A stretch of 64,000 bases of DNA. Origin: the human T2T-CHM13v2.0 reference genome, Homo sapiens. This document shows positions 25,801-40,615 of the stretch, in pieces. Position 1 is the first letter of the stretch, and the number at the start of each line of letters is the position of its first letter. The stretch lies in NCBI RefSeq assembly GCF_009914755.1, contig NC_060928.1; one strand, 5' to 3'. The notes below the pieces were generated by a model. It was not told the origin of the DNA and searched no databases. It worked only from the letters and a program-made list of their open reading frames with translations. The position numbers and the translations under genes were made by a program.

Positions 25801-27970
25801 CATGGCACTTACTCTAAAATCAACCACGATTGGAATTAAAACATTCTTCAGTAAGTGCAAAAGAACAAAAATCATAACAAACAGTCTCTCAGACCACCGT
25901 GCAATCAAATTAGAACTCAGGATTCAGAAACTCACTCAAAACCACACAACTACATGGAAATTGAACAACCTGCCCCTGAATGACTCCTGGATAAATAATG
26001 AAATTAATGCAGAAATCAAGAAGTTCTTTGAAACCAGTAAGAACAAAGAGACAATGTATCAGAATCTCAGGGACACAGCTAAAGCAGTGTTAAGAGTGAA
26101 ATTTATATACTAAATGCTCACATATGAAAGCTGGAAAGATCTCAGATTGACACCCTAACATCACAATTAGAAGAACTGGAGAAGCAAGAGCAAAAAAAAT
26201 CCAAAAGCCAGAAGAAGACAAGAAAAAACTAAGATCATAGCAGAACTGAGGAAGATAGAGAGACACAAAATCCTTCAAAAAATCAATGAATCCAGGAGCT
26301 GGTTTTTTGAAAAAATTAATAAAATAGATAGACTGCTAGCTAGACTAATAAACAAGAAAAGGGAGAAGAATCAAATAGGCACAATAAAAAATGATAAAGG
26401 AGATATGACCACTGACCCCACAAAAATACAAACTATTCCTATCAAGCTACCGTAGACTTTCTTCACAGAATTAGAAAAAACTACTTTAAATTTCATATGG
26501 AATCAAAAAGAGCCCATATAGCCAAGACAATTCTTAGCAAAAACAACAAAGCTGGAGGCATCATGCTACCTGATTTCAAACTATACTGCAAGGCTATGGT
26601 AATCAAAACAGCATGGTACTGGTACCAAAACAGACATATAGACCAATGGAACAGAAAAGAGACTTCAGAAATAACACCACACATCTACAACCATCTGATC
26701 TTCAACAAACCTGACAAAAAAAAAAGCAATAAAGAAAGGATTCCCTATTTAATAAATGGTGCTGGGAAAACTGGCTAGCCCTATGCAGAAAACTGAAACT
26801 TGAACCCTTCCTTACACCTTATGCAAAAATTAACTCAAGATATATTAAATGCATAAATGTAAAACCCAAAACCATAAAACCCTAGAAGAAAACCTAGGCA
26901 ATACCAGTTAGGACACAGGCATGGGCAAAGGCTTCATGATGAAAACACCAAAAGGAATTGCAACAAAAACCACAATTGACAAATGGGATCTAATTAAACT
27001 AAAGAGCTTCTGCATAACATAAGAAACTATTATCAGAGTGAACAGATGGCCTGTAGAATGGGGGAAAATTTTTGCAATCTATCCATCTGACAAAGGTCTA
27101 ATATCCAGAATCTATAAGGAACTTAAACAAATTTACAAGAAAAAAACATACAACCCCATCAAAAAGTGGGCAAAGTATATGAACAGACACTTCTCAAAAG
27201 AAGACATTTATGTGGCCAACAAACATATGAAAAAAAGCTCATCATCACTGGTCATTAGAGAAAGGCAAATCCAAACCACAGTGAGATATCATCTCACACC
27301 AGTCAGAATGGTGATCATTAAAAAGTCAAGAAACAGTTGAGGCTGGTGAGGCTGTGGAGAAACAGGAACATTTTTACACCATTGGTGGGAATGTAAATTA
27401 GTTCAACCACTGTGAAAGACATTGTGGTGATTCCTTAAGGATCTAGAACCAGAAATACCATTTGACCCAGCAATCTCATTACTGGGTATATACCCAAAGG
27501 AATATAAATCATTCTACTATAAAGACACATGTACATATATGTTTATTGCAGCACTGTTTACAATAGCAAAGACATGGAATCAACCCAAATGTCCATCAAT
27601 GATAGACTGGATAAAGAAAATGTGGTACATGCCCACCATGGAATACTATGCAGCCATAAAAAAGAATAAGTTCATGTCCTTTGCAGGGACATGGATGAAG
27701 CTGGAAACCCTCATTCTCAGCAAATTAACATAGCAACAGAAAACCAAACACCGCATGTTCTCACTCATAAGTGGGAGTTGAATATTGAGAACACACGGAC
27801 ACAAAGAGGGCAACAACACACACCAGGGCCTGTCAGGGGCTGGGGGGCAAGGGGAGGGAGAGCACTAGGACAAATACCTAATGCATGCAGGGCTTAAAAC
27901 CTAGATGATGGGTTAATAGGTGTAGCAAACCACCATGGTACGTATATACCTATATAACAAAAAATTTTAA
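22852..27970 (+). mobile_element. L1PA (roughly PA7-PA10) with 5' UTR, broken ORF1/ORF2 and an internal deletion
   Basis: Starts ggggccaagatggctgaatag; ORF1 near 24115; ORF2 start atgacaggatcaaattcac near 25200; 3' UTR to ~27960; TSD-like aaaagcaaaa on both sides. Confidence 0.95.
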
Positions 27971-28127
27971 AAAAGCAAAATAATATGTCATTACTAAACT
28001 TAAATAATATTCCATATATTATATGTCAAGCTATAGATCATACATTTCATCTATTTCAGAGGTGAGGGATCAATGGATAACATCAAAAATGTATTAAAGT
28101 CAACAGATTCAACTTATTTCTCCACAG

Positions 28128-28292
28128 GCCTCTTCTGGAACTGATTGCAAGGAGTGAAATGGACTAATTTTAGAATAAGCAACTCTACTATGGAACATCT
28201 GAAAAAAAAAGAGCACTTTTTAAATTACAGCAAAATATTTTTTGATATAAATTTGTGTCTGGCTTCCGCAGAAAACAGTAGACACATATAAG
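28128..28292 (+). pseudogene. Plus-strand exon candidate (R)PLLELIARSEMD*F*NKQLYYG...
   Basis: Acceptor tatttctccacag|, donor ag|gttttg; 165 nt, phase 2-2, four stops. Confidence 0.5.
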
Positions 28293-28859
28293 GTTTTGCT
28301 CCAAGAACAGACTGGACAAATGAAATGACATATATATCCACAAGGGACATGTTTTTAAGGCAGTTGTCAGAGGAGAAAGAGGAGAAGCATGTGGAAGGAG
28401 GGCTTCCTGATGACTAAATTATATGTATGTTTCTGTATGTCTCATTTCATGGGAACTACCTCTACTTTCAAATGATCATTTCTTCCCAACATTTCAATCT
28501 ATATATCACTTCTCTTTGTAATGAAAAGCATGTTACTTTTCTAACTTTTAGCCTAAATACTAAGAAATAAAAATTTATTTAATGATCCATTAGACCCACT
28601 TATTTCTGTATAGTGGCACCAAAGAGATATTTTATAGAACACATAGTTCTGTTTCTTATGCCATTAAACACAGGAGGTTATTATTAAGAACAGTAATACT
28701 GAAAAAGTTTGTTGAGTGCATACTATATGCCAGACAAATGTGGTATAGCTTTTTACAATTACATGGCATTTTTATATTTATTAGTGCATTCGATCCTTAT
28801 AACAATTTTACAAAGTAAAACAGACGTCATTATCCCGATTTTAAATTTGAAAAATCACC

Positions 28860-30010
28860 ACAGGCAACACCATACTTAATAGTAAAACTGTAGCAGCATT
28901 CCCATTACAGTCAAGAATAAGAGAAAAATGTTGCTTTTGTCATCCTTATATAGCACTGTTCTGAAATTTCTAGCTAATGAAGTATAAACACTGCAAAGGA
29001 AAAGAGAAAAATTATTTTCTTTGCACGCAGCATTATGGCTCAATATATATAATTCAGCAAAATTACCTTAAAGACCTGAACAGAAAAAAGAAAAACACTG
29101 TAGCTGTTAGGTTTGCATATGGCTGCAAATGATAAGACAACTGTAATAAGCAGTGGCTTACACATGCAAAGATTATGCTCTCAGATAAACAGTGTGGAGG
29201 TAGATGACAAGGCCACAAAATCCTCAGGGAGCTAGCTTCTTCCAGGTTTCTACTCTGCCATTCCTAGGGAGCCTGGTCAGGTTGGCTCCTGGATCTCACC
29301 ATCACTGCATTCCAGACAGCAAAGCTTAAGAATCACTGTCCAAAAGTGACATATGGCATTCTGTTCATATCCCATTGGCCAAAATTTAGTCACATGGCCA
29401 CACTGAATGTCAAAAGAGGGTAAGAAATGTCTTTATACAAAATGGCCATGTGTACAGCTATAAAAAAAAAAATCCAGAGTTCTATTAAGGAAGAAGGGGA
29501 GAATGCATGCTAGACATCAACTAAAAGTCATGCTCCCAATACAGATCAAAATATCCACAAAAAAAAGGAATTATGAGGGAATGAAGTTAATTAAAAAATG
29601 CACTAGAAACTATAAAACCTTGCAGAAAAATTTTAAATGTTTTAAATAAATGAAAATAAAGATTATGTTCCTGGATTGGAAGACTCAGTAATGTAAATAT
29701 CTAAATTCTTCCCCAGAGATCAACCAACTAGTGGTGTGCAACTAGAATAAAATTCCGAAGAAATTATTTGGAATTTAACAAAATGATTCTGAAGTGCTAG
29801 AAAATAAGTAAATGACAGTAGGTGAGAAAACTTAGGGAAAAAAAAAAGGCTAGCTGTCGACTCACTCTATCACATTTTACAGCATACAATAAAGTTACAA
29901 TCATTACAGAAGTATGAAATGGCACAAGAATAGACACCAATAACAATAAGCATAATATTAAATCTAGAGAGACAGGTAATTATTTACAAAAATTTAGCAA
30001 ATGATAAAAC
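28860..30010 (+). mobile_element. L1ME-type fragments interrupted by an MLT1-type LTR (~29100-29520)
   Basis: Degenerate ORF2 motifs (tgttcctggattggaagactcagta); MLT1 motif cattggccaaaatttagtcacatggcc. Confidence 0.6.
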
Positions 30011-30289
30011 ACTGGTGGTACAGGTATATGATGATGAAGTAGCAATATGATTTTTCAAAACATAGTCAAACACTCAAACATCTAATTCTATGCCTAATTA
30101 TTTGTTTCACCTACCAAAGGTAAAATGGTTCTCACCTCTTTCCTCCTAGTGGCTAAATTCCAGTGGCTAAGACCTCAGGCTCTGGACCTAGAAAAGGCTG
30201 AAGTTTAAATGCTGCCTCTATATGTTGGCTGCATAACACTGAGGAACATCCTTCCCTTTTCTAGATCTCCATGGATTAAAGAATTAAGA

Positions 30290-30820
30290 TTGCCCAAAGA
30301 AAAGTGTACTCCTTGCCCAGCTCCTAGGAGTTAATCTCTGATATTTTTCTGCCTGTTAAGAGTATCTTTGCTTACCCAGAGGTCTTGGTCCATGTCTCAG
30401 GATTATTTATGGTGGGGAACTTGGGCTATGTGCTATCAGCTTGACCTCTGAGGGGGCTAGAACTAAGGTCACCCATGTGGGCAGTCAGCTATATCTATAT
30501 GACCAACCTCCAATAAAAATGCTGGAAGCCAAGGCTCAAGTGAGCATCTCTGGTTGGCCATGCACCATGCATATTGCCACAGATCATTGCTAGGAAAAAT
30601 AAACACTGTCCACATGACTCCACTGCAAGAGGAGAGCTGAAAGCTTAAACCTGGTGCCTTCTGGATCCTGCCCTATGTGTCCCTTTCCTTGGCCAATTTT
30701 AATCTCTATCTTTTTGCTGGAATTAACTATCAACATGAGGATAACAGCTTTTAAAAGGCTTGTGGGCTCTTCTAGCATATCATTCAACATGAAGGTGATC
30801 TTGGAGACCCCTGAGCTGCA
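30290..30820 (+). mobile_element. MER21/MER68/MER77-family ERVL LTR inserted in a MIR
   Basis: ccaataaaaatgctggaagccaaggctcaagtgagc ... gatcttggagacccctgagctgca; MIR halves on each side. Confidence 0.65.
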
Positions 30821-31599
30821 GCCTGTCTTCATATCTATAACAGGGGTAATAATAACAATACAACATCATGGGTTTTTCTGAAGATAAATGAGACAATGTC
30901 TGTACCGCACTTGCACAAAGCCTGCCACACAATAATTACTCAGTAAATTACTTTAAGTCAGTAGGGGGGAAATGGATTATTCAATGAGTCATATTGAGAT
31001 GGCCGTTTGACAATTTATGACAAAAAAAAAAGTTAAAGAATACCTCACATTTTATCTTCAAATGAATCTAGGGAAGTTTTAATATTTATTCATAAAAAAC
31101 AAAGCCACAAAAGAATTTCGGGAAAATACATATGAATATATATCTGTAGTGAGTAAGGGGGTGCCTTGTCTAAGCATACAATTGGAGAGAACTCCCTGAA
31201 AGGAAATGATAAATGATCTTAAAATACACAAAAATTTAAGACATTTGTATGCCCCAAACCGCACTCGAACAAAGTTAAAACAGAAAAACAAAGGGTGACA
31301 ATATTTGAAACACAGATAACAGAGTAAAAGGCTTGAGAGAAAACTGAAAAAGATTAGCATATTTATATCATGAATAGACTCAGAAAAATATTTTCTCTTA
31401 CTAGTAATCAAAGAAATATGGTATTTTTAAAATGCAGTGTTTTTTCTCATTCAAGCAGAAAGTTTAATTATATTTTTAAATGATAATATGCAATGTTAGC
31501 AAGGGTGGGTGTCATAGACATTCTCGTATTGCTAATTGGAATATTAATTGGCATAATTCTTCTGGCTGGCATAATCCTTCTCCACTGTCATCAAACCTC

Positions 31600-32330
31600 T
31601 GACAACAATTCTTCCAAACTTCCCTTCCTCTAAGTTAAAATTAGTATCTGACTTTGCCTTCTATTTCACAGAGAAAATAGAAATTATAAGGCAGATTTTC
31701 TTGCCAACAAATCTACAACTCTGCCATACTTATACTGATTCTTTTTCTCTTCTGGCAATTAGAGTTCTGCCTTTCCTCCTGGCTAGAGCCAATCTTGCTT
31801 CCCTTGTTCCAGACCCTAATTCCCACTCCCCGTGTTCAAGAAATTTATACCACAATTTATACTTCCTCTCATTTAGAGATCTTCCTAGTATCTACCACTT
31901 TAATTTGCCTCTTACTTAATTGACTTCTTGTCAGTCTTATTTGTTAGTTTCTTATTCTTTATCTGACTTTGAATAGCCATGTACCGAGTATTCACTATTT
32001 CTAGTGATCTCATCTAGTCCCATGGATTTAATATCATCTCCATGCTAATGATTCCCCAAATTATGTCCCCATACATATCTCTTTCTTGAAACCAGTATTC
32101 ACACATTCAGCTGCCTGCTTGATATCTCCACTTGGATATCCAACAGCAATCTCAAGGAAAATAAATCCCAAACAGATTTCCTAATTTACAACACCCCACA
32201 TACATGTTCTTCTGGTTTCCTTGTCCTGGTCTTGGCAAAAATCTAGATGTTTTCTCAGATTCCTATTTCTCACATTCCCCCACCCACTCCACCATCCATC
32301 AACTCCTATCAGTTCTACTCCATAATGATA
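31600..32330 (+). mobile_element. L2 fragment
   Basis: gtgatctcatctagtcccatggatttaa..ctgcctgcttgatatctccacttggatatcc. Confidence 0.7.
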
Positions 32331-32351
32331 TCTCTTTTCACCATCCTGCAG

Positions 32352-32469
32352 GATCAATACGAAACCAAAAGAGCTCTTGGATATCCTATGGAGTCATAAG
32401 AAAGAGCTTCCACAACTGTACTAAGGGGTGGAACTAAACATATGGCCCATAACATCTCTATCTGGAATG
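32352..32469 (+). pseudogene. Plus-strand exon candidate (R)INTKPKELLDILWSHKKELPQLY*GVELNIWPITSLSGM
   Basis: Acceptor catcctgcag|, donor atg|gtagag; phase 2-0; one stop. Confidence 0.5.
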
Positions 32470-32659
32470 GTAGAGCAAAAATATTCTCTTTTTTATGGGT
32501 ATTTCTATATAAATGTGTATCATTACAAAGATATAGAAAGAGAAACATGCCATCATATTAAATAAATAGTGGTTACTTTGGAGTGGCAGAATGATTGAAA
32601 AGTAATGTTTATTCTTTGCGTTTCCTGTAGTTTTTACCTTCTTAGCTATGTGTGTTTAT

Positions 32660-34200
32660 AATTTTCATGTGACGCTATTGAAAACTAGAAAGATGTATCT
32701 AATAAAATAGCCTCAAAATATAAAAAAGATAGAACTCAAAGAAATTGATAAATCCACTATTATGATAGATTTCAATAATCATCTCACAACAGTGAGAAAT
32801 TAAGCAGACAAAAAAATCAATACAAATATAAAGTATTTTAATAATAGAAGTAACAAGCTTGATCTAATTGGACAGAGATATAACTGCCAACCCAACAATT
32901 ACAGAACATATATTTTTCACATACTGTGATTAATATTTGTTAATGTTTTTTATGCTTGAAAAAATGTATATTCTATAACAAGCAAGTCTCAACCATTTTT
33001 TTAAAAAAGGTCCAATATAGAATTACTGACCAAAGTGCAATTAAGTAGAAATCAATAACCAATAAACATGTGAACAAGCAAAATATCCACGTATATGGGA
33101 AATTAAACACTTCTAAATACCTTAGGAACAAACAAGAAATCTTAACAAATGTTAAAAGTATATTTCAATTTTCAAAAATTCCAAAAATTCAACTTGTTGA
33201 TGAAACTGTTGGGAAACAGACTCTCTCATACTCTGATGATGTTAAAACAAAGTAATTCCCCTATGGAGGGCAATTTTGGTGACACTAATAAAAAAGATAT
33301 AAATCTACCTCCTGACCCAACAATTCCATTTCTAGGAATTTTTCTTATGAATCTGCTCATGTACAAAATGACGTATGTACAAGATTATTCATTACAGTAC
33401 TAGTTACTGTAGCAAAAGATAGAAAGTAGCACAAGTCTCTCAATAGAAAACTAGCAAAACAAGTTTTCACTCTTCCTCACAATGAAATATTATGCAGCCA
33501 TAGTAAGGATTAGGAAATTTGTATGAAATTTTCTGTAGATAAGGTACTCTGTCTAGAACAAGGGCAGGAAGTTTACAGTATATTTTCCCTTTTGTGTAAG
33601 AAAGAGAAAAATCAAGAATAGGTGTTCATATTTTCTTGTATTTACATAAAGGAACAGTGGAAGAATGCATGAAAAATTAAGTCATCACCCATAGAATGTC
33701 AGGGAATAGAGTGGGTAAGGAAACACAGGCACAAGATTCCTAAGTCTACAGTTATTCTATAGTTTTGATTTTCAGATTATGTGCATATATTAGCTATTCA
33801 AAAATAAAATACTAAAAATTTTAAAATAGAAAGACAACATAGAATTTGTGGAATTAATCAAAGTAATACCTAGATGTAAATTTAAAGCCTAAAGTACATA
33901 TTTAGAATAGACAGAAGGTCAAAAATTAATAATCTAGATAACTAACTTAGAGACAACTAAGTTGAAAAAATTAATAACTAAAGTTTCTAACTTTAAGGAT
34001 TAGAAAAATAAAACCAAGAAAGTACAAGGAAAGAGATAAATATAAGTATAGAAACAATAAATATTTTGAAAATCTGAAAATAAAATGTAAGAGGATCAAT
34101 AAGGACAAAAGTTGTAACCTCTAGACAAAAATGATCAAGGGTACAGAAAGAAAACACAGAGAGGCACAGACAACAAATATTAGAAATAAAAATAAATAAA
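32660..34200 (+). mobile_element. Old L1M fragments
   Basis: A-rich degenerate L1 ORF2 and 3' motifs (gacccaacaattccatttctaggaattt). Confidence 0.6.
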
Positions 34201-34407
34201 TCTAGAGAAAGTGCAGCTCAAAGTGTAAGGGTATTTAAGAAACTGCCTAAGATTACATATGCAATAAAATTTAGGGGTAGGCCTCAAATTCAAGACTTCT
34301 GACTCAAAACTAGTGTTTCACTTATTCATTTCTATGTTCCTGAGACATGTCTTCCCATAATCAATTCAATCAATAATCATTGGCCTGGATAAGAGAAAGG
34401 AAAGCTA

Positions 34408-34721
<314 letters not shown>

Positions 34722-34800
34722 CTAGCAAGTACTTGATTTTTCTTCTCTCAAGCAGCCTCTCATTCTTTGTATATACTTTGTCCCACTTCTTCCTGGCAAG

Positions 34801-35450
34801 GAATATCACTCAAAGATGTGACTGCTGTACAAATTAGGATTCCAGCAGCTGTTTCTACTTTTCTGGAATTAAAAGTCTTCAAGGCCAAACCTGAAACTTG
34901 AAAACAAAATCTTTAATATTAACAGAATTTTTAAGACCATGAACTCTATCCACCTCACTCCTGTTGCTATTGCAGCACTGTGTATGCTGCAGACATTCAC
35001 TCTAAGAACTCACTGAGCCACATCACCTGCATCACCTTCCAAGGCCCTTCAAACATCTGGACCCACCATGTCATTCACAAAATCTAAGGTACTGGCCTGG
35101 GCACTGTAAATTTCCTTCCACTCTGACATTCTGTGATTCTGTGCCTTCAGGAATGTGAGAAATCACTGAAGGATATGTTTCAGAGATCTAGACTGGTTTA
35201 CCACTGATTAGGTTAAGCAAATCGGGATGAGACTTTCAAAAGCTAATAGAAATTGCCAATGCTGAATATTTACCATTATCCAGATATTCATATTCTCTAC
35301 TCTTCTTGATCTACGAGTTTAAAGATAAAACACCAAGGGAAATAGCATCAAAATAATGATCAATAGATCCATGTATTGTCAAGATTTCAAGTTTCATTTG
35401 TAAACTCCAGCCTAATTTTAGAGAAGTGTTGCCTACAGCTTACAGGAAAA
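34801..35450 (+). pseudogene. Plus-strand exon candidate(s), Cys-rich
   Basis: Acceptor cttcttcctggcaag|; fragments RCDCCTN, HSCCYCSTVY and ILCLQECEK in shifted frames; end uncertain. Confidence 0.35.
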
Positions 35451-35609
35451 AATAAATGTTAAACTTGTAATACAAATTTATACCTAGATCTATTGTAACT
35501 TTAAAAAAAAAAAAAAGGCTATTCCTAACTGCATTATCTTTCTTTTTAAGAGGAAGCAAGTTACCTAAAGACCTTAATCAAAAAATCGAATTACTGCTCT
35601 CAATTCCTT

Positions 35610-36000
35610 CATCCCCTGAAACAAATAGTACACATCACACCTACGACATAGCAGGTAAGGTATACATCACTGTCCCTTGGTTTGCGGTTGGCCATGTGAC
35701 TTACTGTGGCCAACAGGATGTTAGCAAATGTATGGTGATGCAAGTGATCTTGCACTCTTGTACTCTGCCTTTGTCCATGAGAAGAACATGCCTCTGGAAT
35801 CTGCTGGCCCAAAAATGAGAAGGAATACACACAAGCCAGGACTCAATCCTTAACCTTAATCCAAGTCCAACTGAGCCTACCATAAGTCAGCTTTAGCCAG
35901 CTGATCTCATGGGCGAGAACAATAGGATTTCGTTTGTGCCACTGAGATTTTTATGGTTGTTTGTTACACAGCATTATTATGGCTATATTTGACTAATACA
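35610..36000 (+). mobile_element. MLT1-type MaLR LTR
   Basis: ggccatgtgactt..tggccaacaggatgttagc ... ccactgagatttt..ttgtttgttacacagca..actaataca. Confidence 0.7.
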
Positions 36001-36344
36001 CTTACCTACCCAACAACACTTATTAAGATAACCTTAACTATGAAATACATTTCCAAAAGAAAACATGCTTTACAATTCCAGAGTACTAACAATGAAAGGG
36101 AAAAGAACCTTTAAAAAGTAGATCTTAGGAGGAAGGGGTGGGACTCAACAACACGGTGATAACGTGTTACAGTAACAAAGCCCTTTTTAGTAAGTATTCT
36201 TATCACATCTGTTTTGGAGATCATAAAACAAGAGGCTCAATAATTAACCAGAAGTAGTAAAAACAGCATTTCTGCTTAGGTTTTTCTGGTTCCAAATCTA
36301 GTGCACCTCCAGTAAGTAAAGTTCTTTTCAAATATTCTTTAAAA

Positions 36345-36476
36345 ATAAATAAATAAATAAAGACGTCGTCTCGCTATGTTGCCCAGGCTAGTATCAAACA
36401 CCTGGGCGCAAGCAATCCTCCTGCTTCGGCCTCCCAAAGTATTGGGATTACAGGCGTGAGCCACTGCATCCAGCCT
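36345..36476 (-). mobile_element. FLAM (Alu monomer)
   Basis: Left-monomer sequence, antisense. Confidence 0.8.
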
Positions 36477-36860
36477 CAAATATTCTAATGGTAGAAAGTA
36501 TAGAAAGAAGTCTCTACACTTTGGGGAAAGCTGTGTGTCACTCAGAAATTAAATAAGGTTGTGTTCTAAAGCAAGTGCCTGCGGGTTCATTTCAAATCAC
36601 TAAACCATTGATGGATAAGCTTGGTTTCTCAATGAAAACATCCAGCAGTGGGGTGAAAGACATTTATGCAGTGTTTTCTAGGAAAACCCTTAGAAGACTA
36701 GATGAAATAGAAGTTCCTTAGAGAGGGAGGGTGAAATCTCCACTTCAAAACACCCACCTCTAAGACATGAATTTATTGTCTTTCCAAAATAGAAATTAAA
36801 GTTTTCTCATGGATACTCATTTATGAAAATGCTCTTTATTAAAAACATATGGTCTCTAGC

Positions 36861-37214
36861 TGATTCAGGAATGCTCATCTGTCTTGCCATTGAGTGTATA
36901 TCATTATGTAAAATTCTTATGATCTCTACATCCCTAGAGCCATATAGAGTTTTCTCTTTCATTCTTGCATCTCAAGAGGAAAATACAGAGATGTTACATG
37001 AATTACTCTTTCTCTAGTGTGAACATTTGGCAGGGATGATATCATTTCCAGATGCTTTCTTATTTTTCATCTGTTTAACGACCTTACTCATCGGAGAGTT
37101 GGAGGGTTTCTAAGTTTGGCTCTATCTGGGTATTATGGGGAAGAAGTTGAAAGCATTCTTGCCAGCGGTGTCTCAATTAAGACTGCCAAACAAAGCTTCC
37201 AGTGTATAAAATGA
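36861..37214 (+). pseudogene. Plus-strand exon candidate ...HLFNDLTHRRVGGFLSLALSGYYGEEVESILAS
   Basis: Long protein-like frame with one stop and one frameshift in unique sequence. Confidence 0.5.
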
Positions 37215-37253
37215 TCTCTGTTCCCTCCCTGTTCGGTTATGGGGAAAAAAATA

Positions 37254-37316
<63 letters not shown>
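37254..37316. repeat. (TA)n(CA)n compound microsatellite
   Basis: Directly visible. Confidence 0.95.
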
Positions 37317-37318
<2 letters not shown>

Positions 37319-37963
37319 TATTAACATCTACCTTCAAGGCCAATAAGAGAGAGTTAAACGTAAGCAACACGTTGTGATTCTGCTATTGAGGTAGTAATTG
37401 ATAGTTTCATGGACATCAATAATTGTTTCAGGGCCAGGATGACTAAAGACTTCAGATTTATGTTATTAAAAATACATAGATGAGTGCACAGTGATGAAAA
37501 TGTTGGACATAGGCTACTCTAGAAAACATGTGCTTGGAATAACTTTTAGCAGGACTGATCTCCTGAGATTCTCCAAGTAATTATAATCTCAAATTTTGTT
37601 GAGAATCCTGTGTATGCCATTTAGATATCTTATTGTTACATAATGTGTTAAATTTATTTCCAACAAAGTAATGAAAAAATATATAGATGAATTTAATTAA
37701 CATGAAGAAGTACAGAAACAATTTACCTATGCAGAATTCAGCTATGCCATTGTCTTATTCAACCAGAAAGAATACCTAACAAAACCAAAATTAGGCAGAA
37801 AAGACCAATTTCAGGGGAACTAAAGTAGGTGTGACAAAATAGATCCTCCTCTCAGAGAGCATTTATTCTTATTTTTAAACATTTGTAATAATTCAGATTT
37901 TCCATTCTCTGTATTCAGAGTTGATTATTTAAAATGATTTAGAATTCAATTTAGAATGTCATC

Positions 37964-38262
37964 TTTTTTTTTTTTTTTTTTTTTTGAGACAGGGTCTCCC
38001 TCAGTCACCCAGGCTGGAGTGCGGTGGCATAATCTCGTCTCACTGCAACCTCGGCTCCCCAGGATTAAGTAATCCTCCCATCTTAGCCTCTGGAGTAGGT
38101 AAGGTGTGCACCACCACTCCGGGCTATTTTTTTGTACTTTTAATAGAGACGGGGGCCTTGCCATATTGCCCAGGATGGTCTTGAACTCCTGAGCTCAAGC
38201 AATCAGCCCGCCTCAGCCTCCCAAAGTGCTGGGTTTACAGGCATGAGACAACGTGCCCGGCC
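37964..38262 (-). mobile_element. AluJ
   Basis: Antisense dimer; TSD agaatgtc. Confidence 0.9.
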
Positions 38263-38799
38263 AGAATGTCTTGTCTTTTAAAAAAATATTGTTTTAAATT
38301 TGGTGTTGCATTTTCTTTGAATGTGTAAGATTGCATTAATGAGAAATTATGCTCTTTAATTCAGAGGACTTTGGAGACCTTCATTCCAAGAACAACATAC
38401 CTACAAACTGACTAATTTTAAAAAATTAAAATATGCTACTATGCTTTTTCTCGCCTAGAGAAGGGATGATCTCAGCAGTCCCATATCTGTATAGCACCAT
38501 GAAGGCCAGGGCTGTATATCTCACTCTGCATTCACCTCGCACTCCATAGAACTTATCTGGGCATTTATAATTTTTTATGCTAGTGCTAATGACAATGAAG
38601 AAACATGGGATGAATAGTTCACCCATCCCTAAGCATTTACAATTTTCCTGCTACTTTCCATGGAACTACTATGATTTGGGAAAAAATCATATAAAATTAT
38701 CATTTATTTGTGTCATCACTTTAAACTTGCTATTACCCTGATTAGGCCAATGCATTTGCATTTGTCTTTCAGGTTTTTAAGAAGTATACATAACTTTCT

Positions 38800-39108
<309 letters not shown>

Positions 39109-39308
39109 TTAAGTTTCATGTTATGTGATAACCAAGTCTTTACTGGGAGCCTAAGAACAGGGCAGTAACAAGTGTAACCATGTAATGTCTTTGACATAGT
39201 GCTCTGCATGTATGGACAGAATCTAGGAGGGCTGATTGGAAGTCTCGTTCCATTGGTTTCCTCTTTTCCCACTGCCTTGTCCCTCCTCCATGGTCCTGGC
39301 TTTATCCT

Positions 39309-39744
39309 TGTTTTTAAAGTAAACTAAATATGGCCTGAGAAAGACTTCGTATTTCTATATTTGAGTCCTTGTGGACAAACTGTAACCTAGCTTAATAATC
39401 AGACAAGATTGAAAACCTAACTTCGGAGTTTGTGCCTGTAACAATAGCTGAGTCTTGGCCAATCCCAGCGGCCATACCTTCAATCATTTACAGACTGCAA
39501 AGTATTCAAACTGTGTTCAAATTAAGGCAAACGCCAACCTGTAACCAATCCAGCTATTTCTCTACCTCACTGCCGATTTCTGTACACCGTTTTCTTTCTT
39601 TATCTATAAATTTGTTCTAACTACGAGGTATCCCTGGAGTCTCTCTGAATCTGCTATGATTCTGGGGGCTGCCCAATTCTTGAATCATTCATTGCTCAAT
39701 TAAATGTGCTTAAATTTAATTTGACTGAAGTTTTTCTTTTAACA
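39309..39744 (+). mobile_element. MER57-family ERV1 solo LTR
   Basis: tg...taaactaaatatggcctgag...ttttaaca with 4-bp TSD tcct. Confidence 0.8.
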
Positions 39745-39980
39745 TCCTGAATCTAGCCTTTTGATCCCTTCCTAGTTTCAAACTGAGAAAAGAACAACAG
39801 ATCTTTCTTCTTCAGAGACCAACATTTACCAAAAAAAAAAAAAAAAGAAAAAAAAAAGTTTATCTCCTACTAATGCTCACGGCATTTATACACTAAAAGA
39901 TCCTTCCTCACCAAGACTGAAATAGAAACGATTAAATAAGTAGAGAAATGAAGAGGTAGATAATCATTTTCTATTCATAG

Positions 39981-40312
39981 GCATGTTCATCAAAAACCAC
40001 AAAGTATGAAAAGGATAATGATTGGATAAGAGCCAGGCCTTTTTGCATTCAATAAGGCATAGCATGAACCTGGCAGAACTTTTATCAATAGCATCTGTTG
40101 TTATTTCTCATTACAGTGAGCAAGCCATGACCTCAAGTCTACACCATCAAATAGCCATGGAGATGACAAATCTTCCTTTGTGATATAATGTATTTCCAAA
40201 TGCAGAGATTTCTGCCATACTTGCTGAACAACATATATACAATAACATATATAATTATCTCCTGAAACACCAACCAATGTCTATCTAAAATTTAGATGCT
40301 GTTGTTTGGGAG
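39981..40312 (+). pseudogene. Plus-strand exon candidate ACSSKTTKYEKDNDW/SQAFLHSIRHSMNLAELLSIA...AVVWE
   Basis: Acceptor ttttctattcatag|, donor gag|gt; ~110 codons with one frameshift and two stops. Confidence 0.55.
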
Positions 40313-40451
40313 GTGTAATTTTTTTTTTCTTAAAACATACATAAAAATACGTTTTTAAAAAGCTTACTTTCTCTGTGAAAATCTCCAATCTAAAAAAAAA
40401 ATGAGAGTTAATATTAAAAATTGAATAGATCCCTATTTTAGGTATCCATTC

Positions 40452-40615
40452 TTTTTTTATTTTTATATTTTTATTTTATTTATTTATGTATTTATTTTTA
40501 AGAGGCAGGTCTCACTATGTTGCCCAGGCTTGTCTTGTACCCCTGGGCCCAAGTGACCCACTTGCCTCAGCCTCCCAAAACGTTGGGATTACAGGCATGA
40601 GCCACTGCGCTCGGC
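40452..40615 (-). mobile_element. FLAM (Alu monomer)
   Basis: Antisense monomer; TSD gtatccatt. Confidence 0.85.

Noticed and set aside
24066-27897. Many ORFs with ORF1p/ORF2p similarity (also 63251-63958)
   Set aside because: Fragments of broken L1 elements; no intact retrotransposon ORF.
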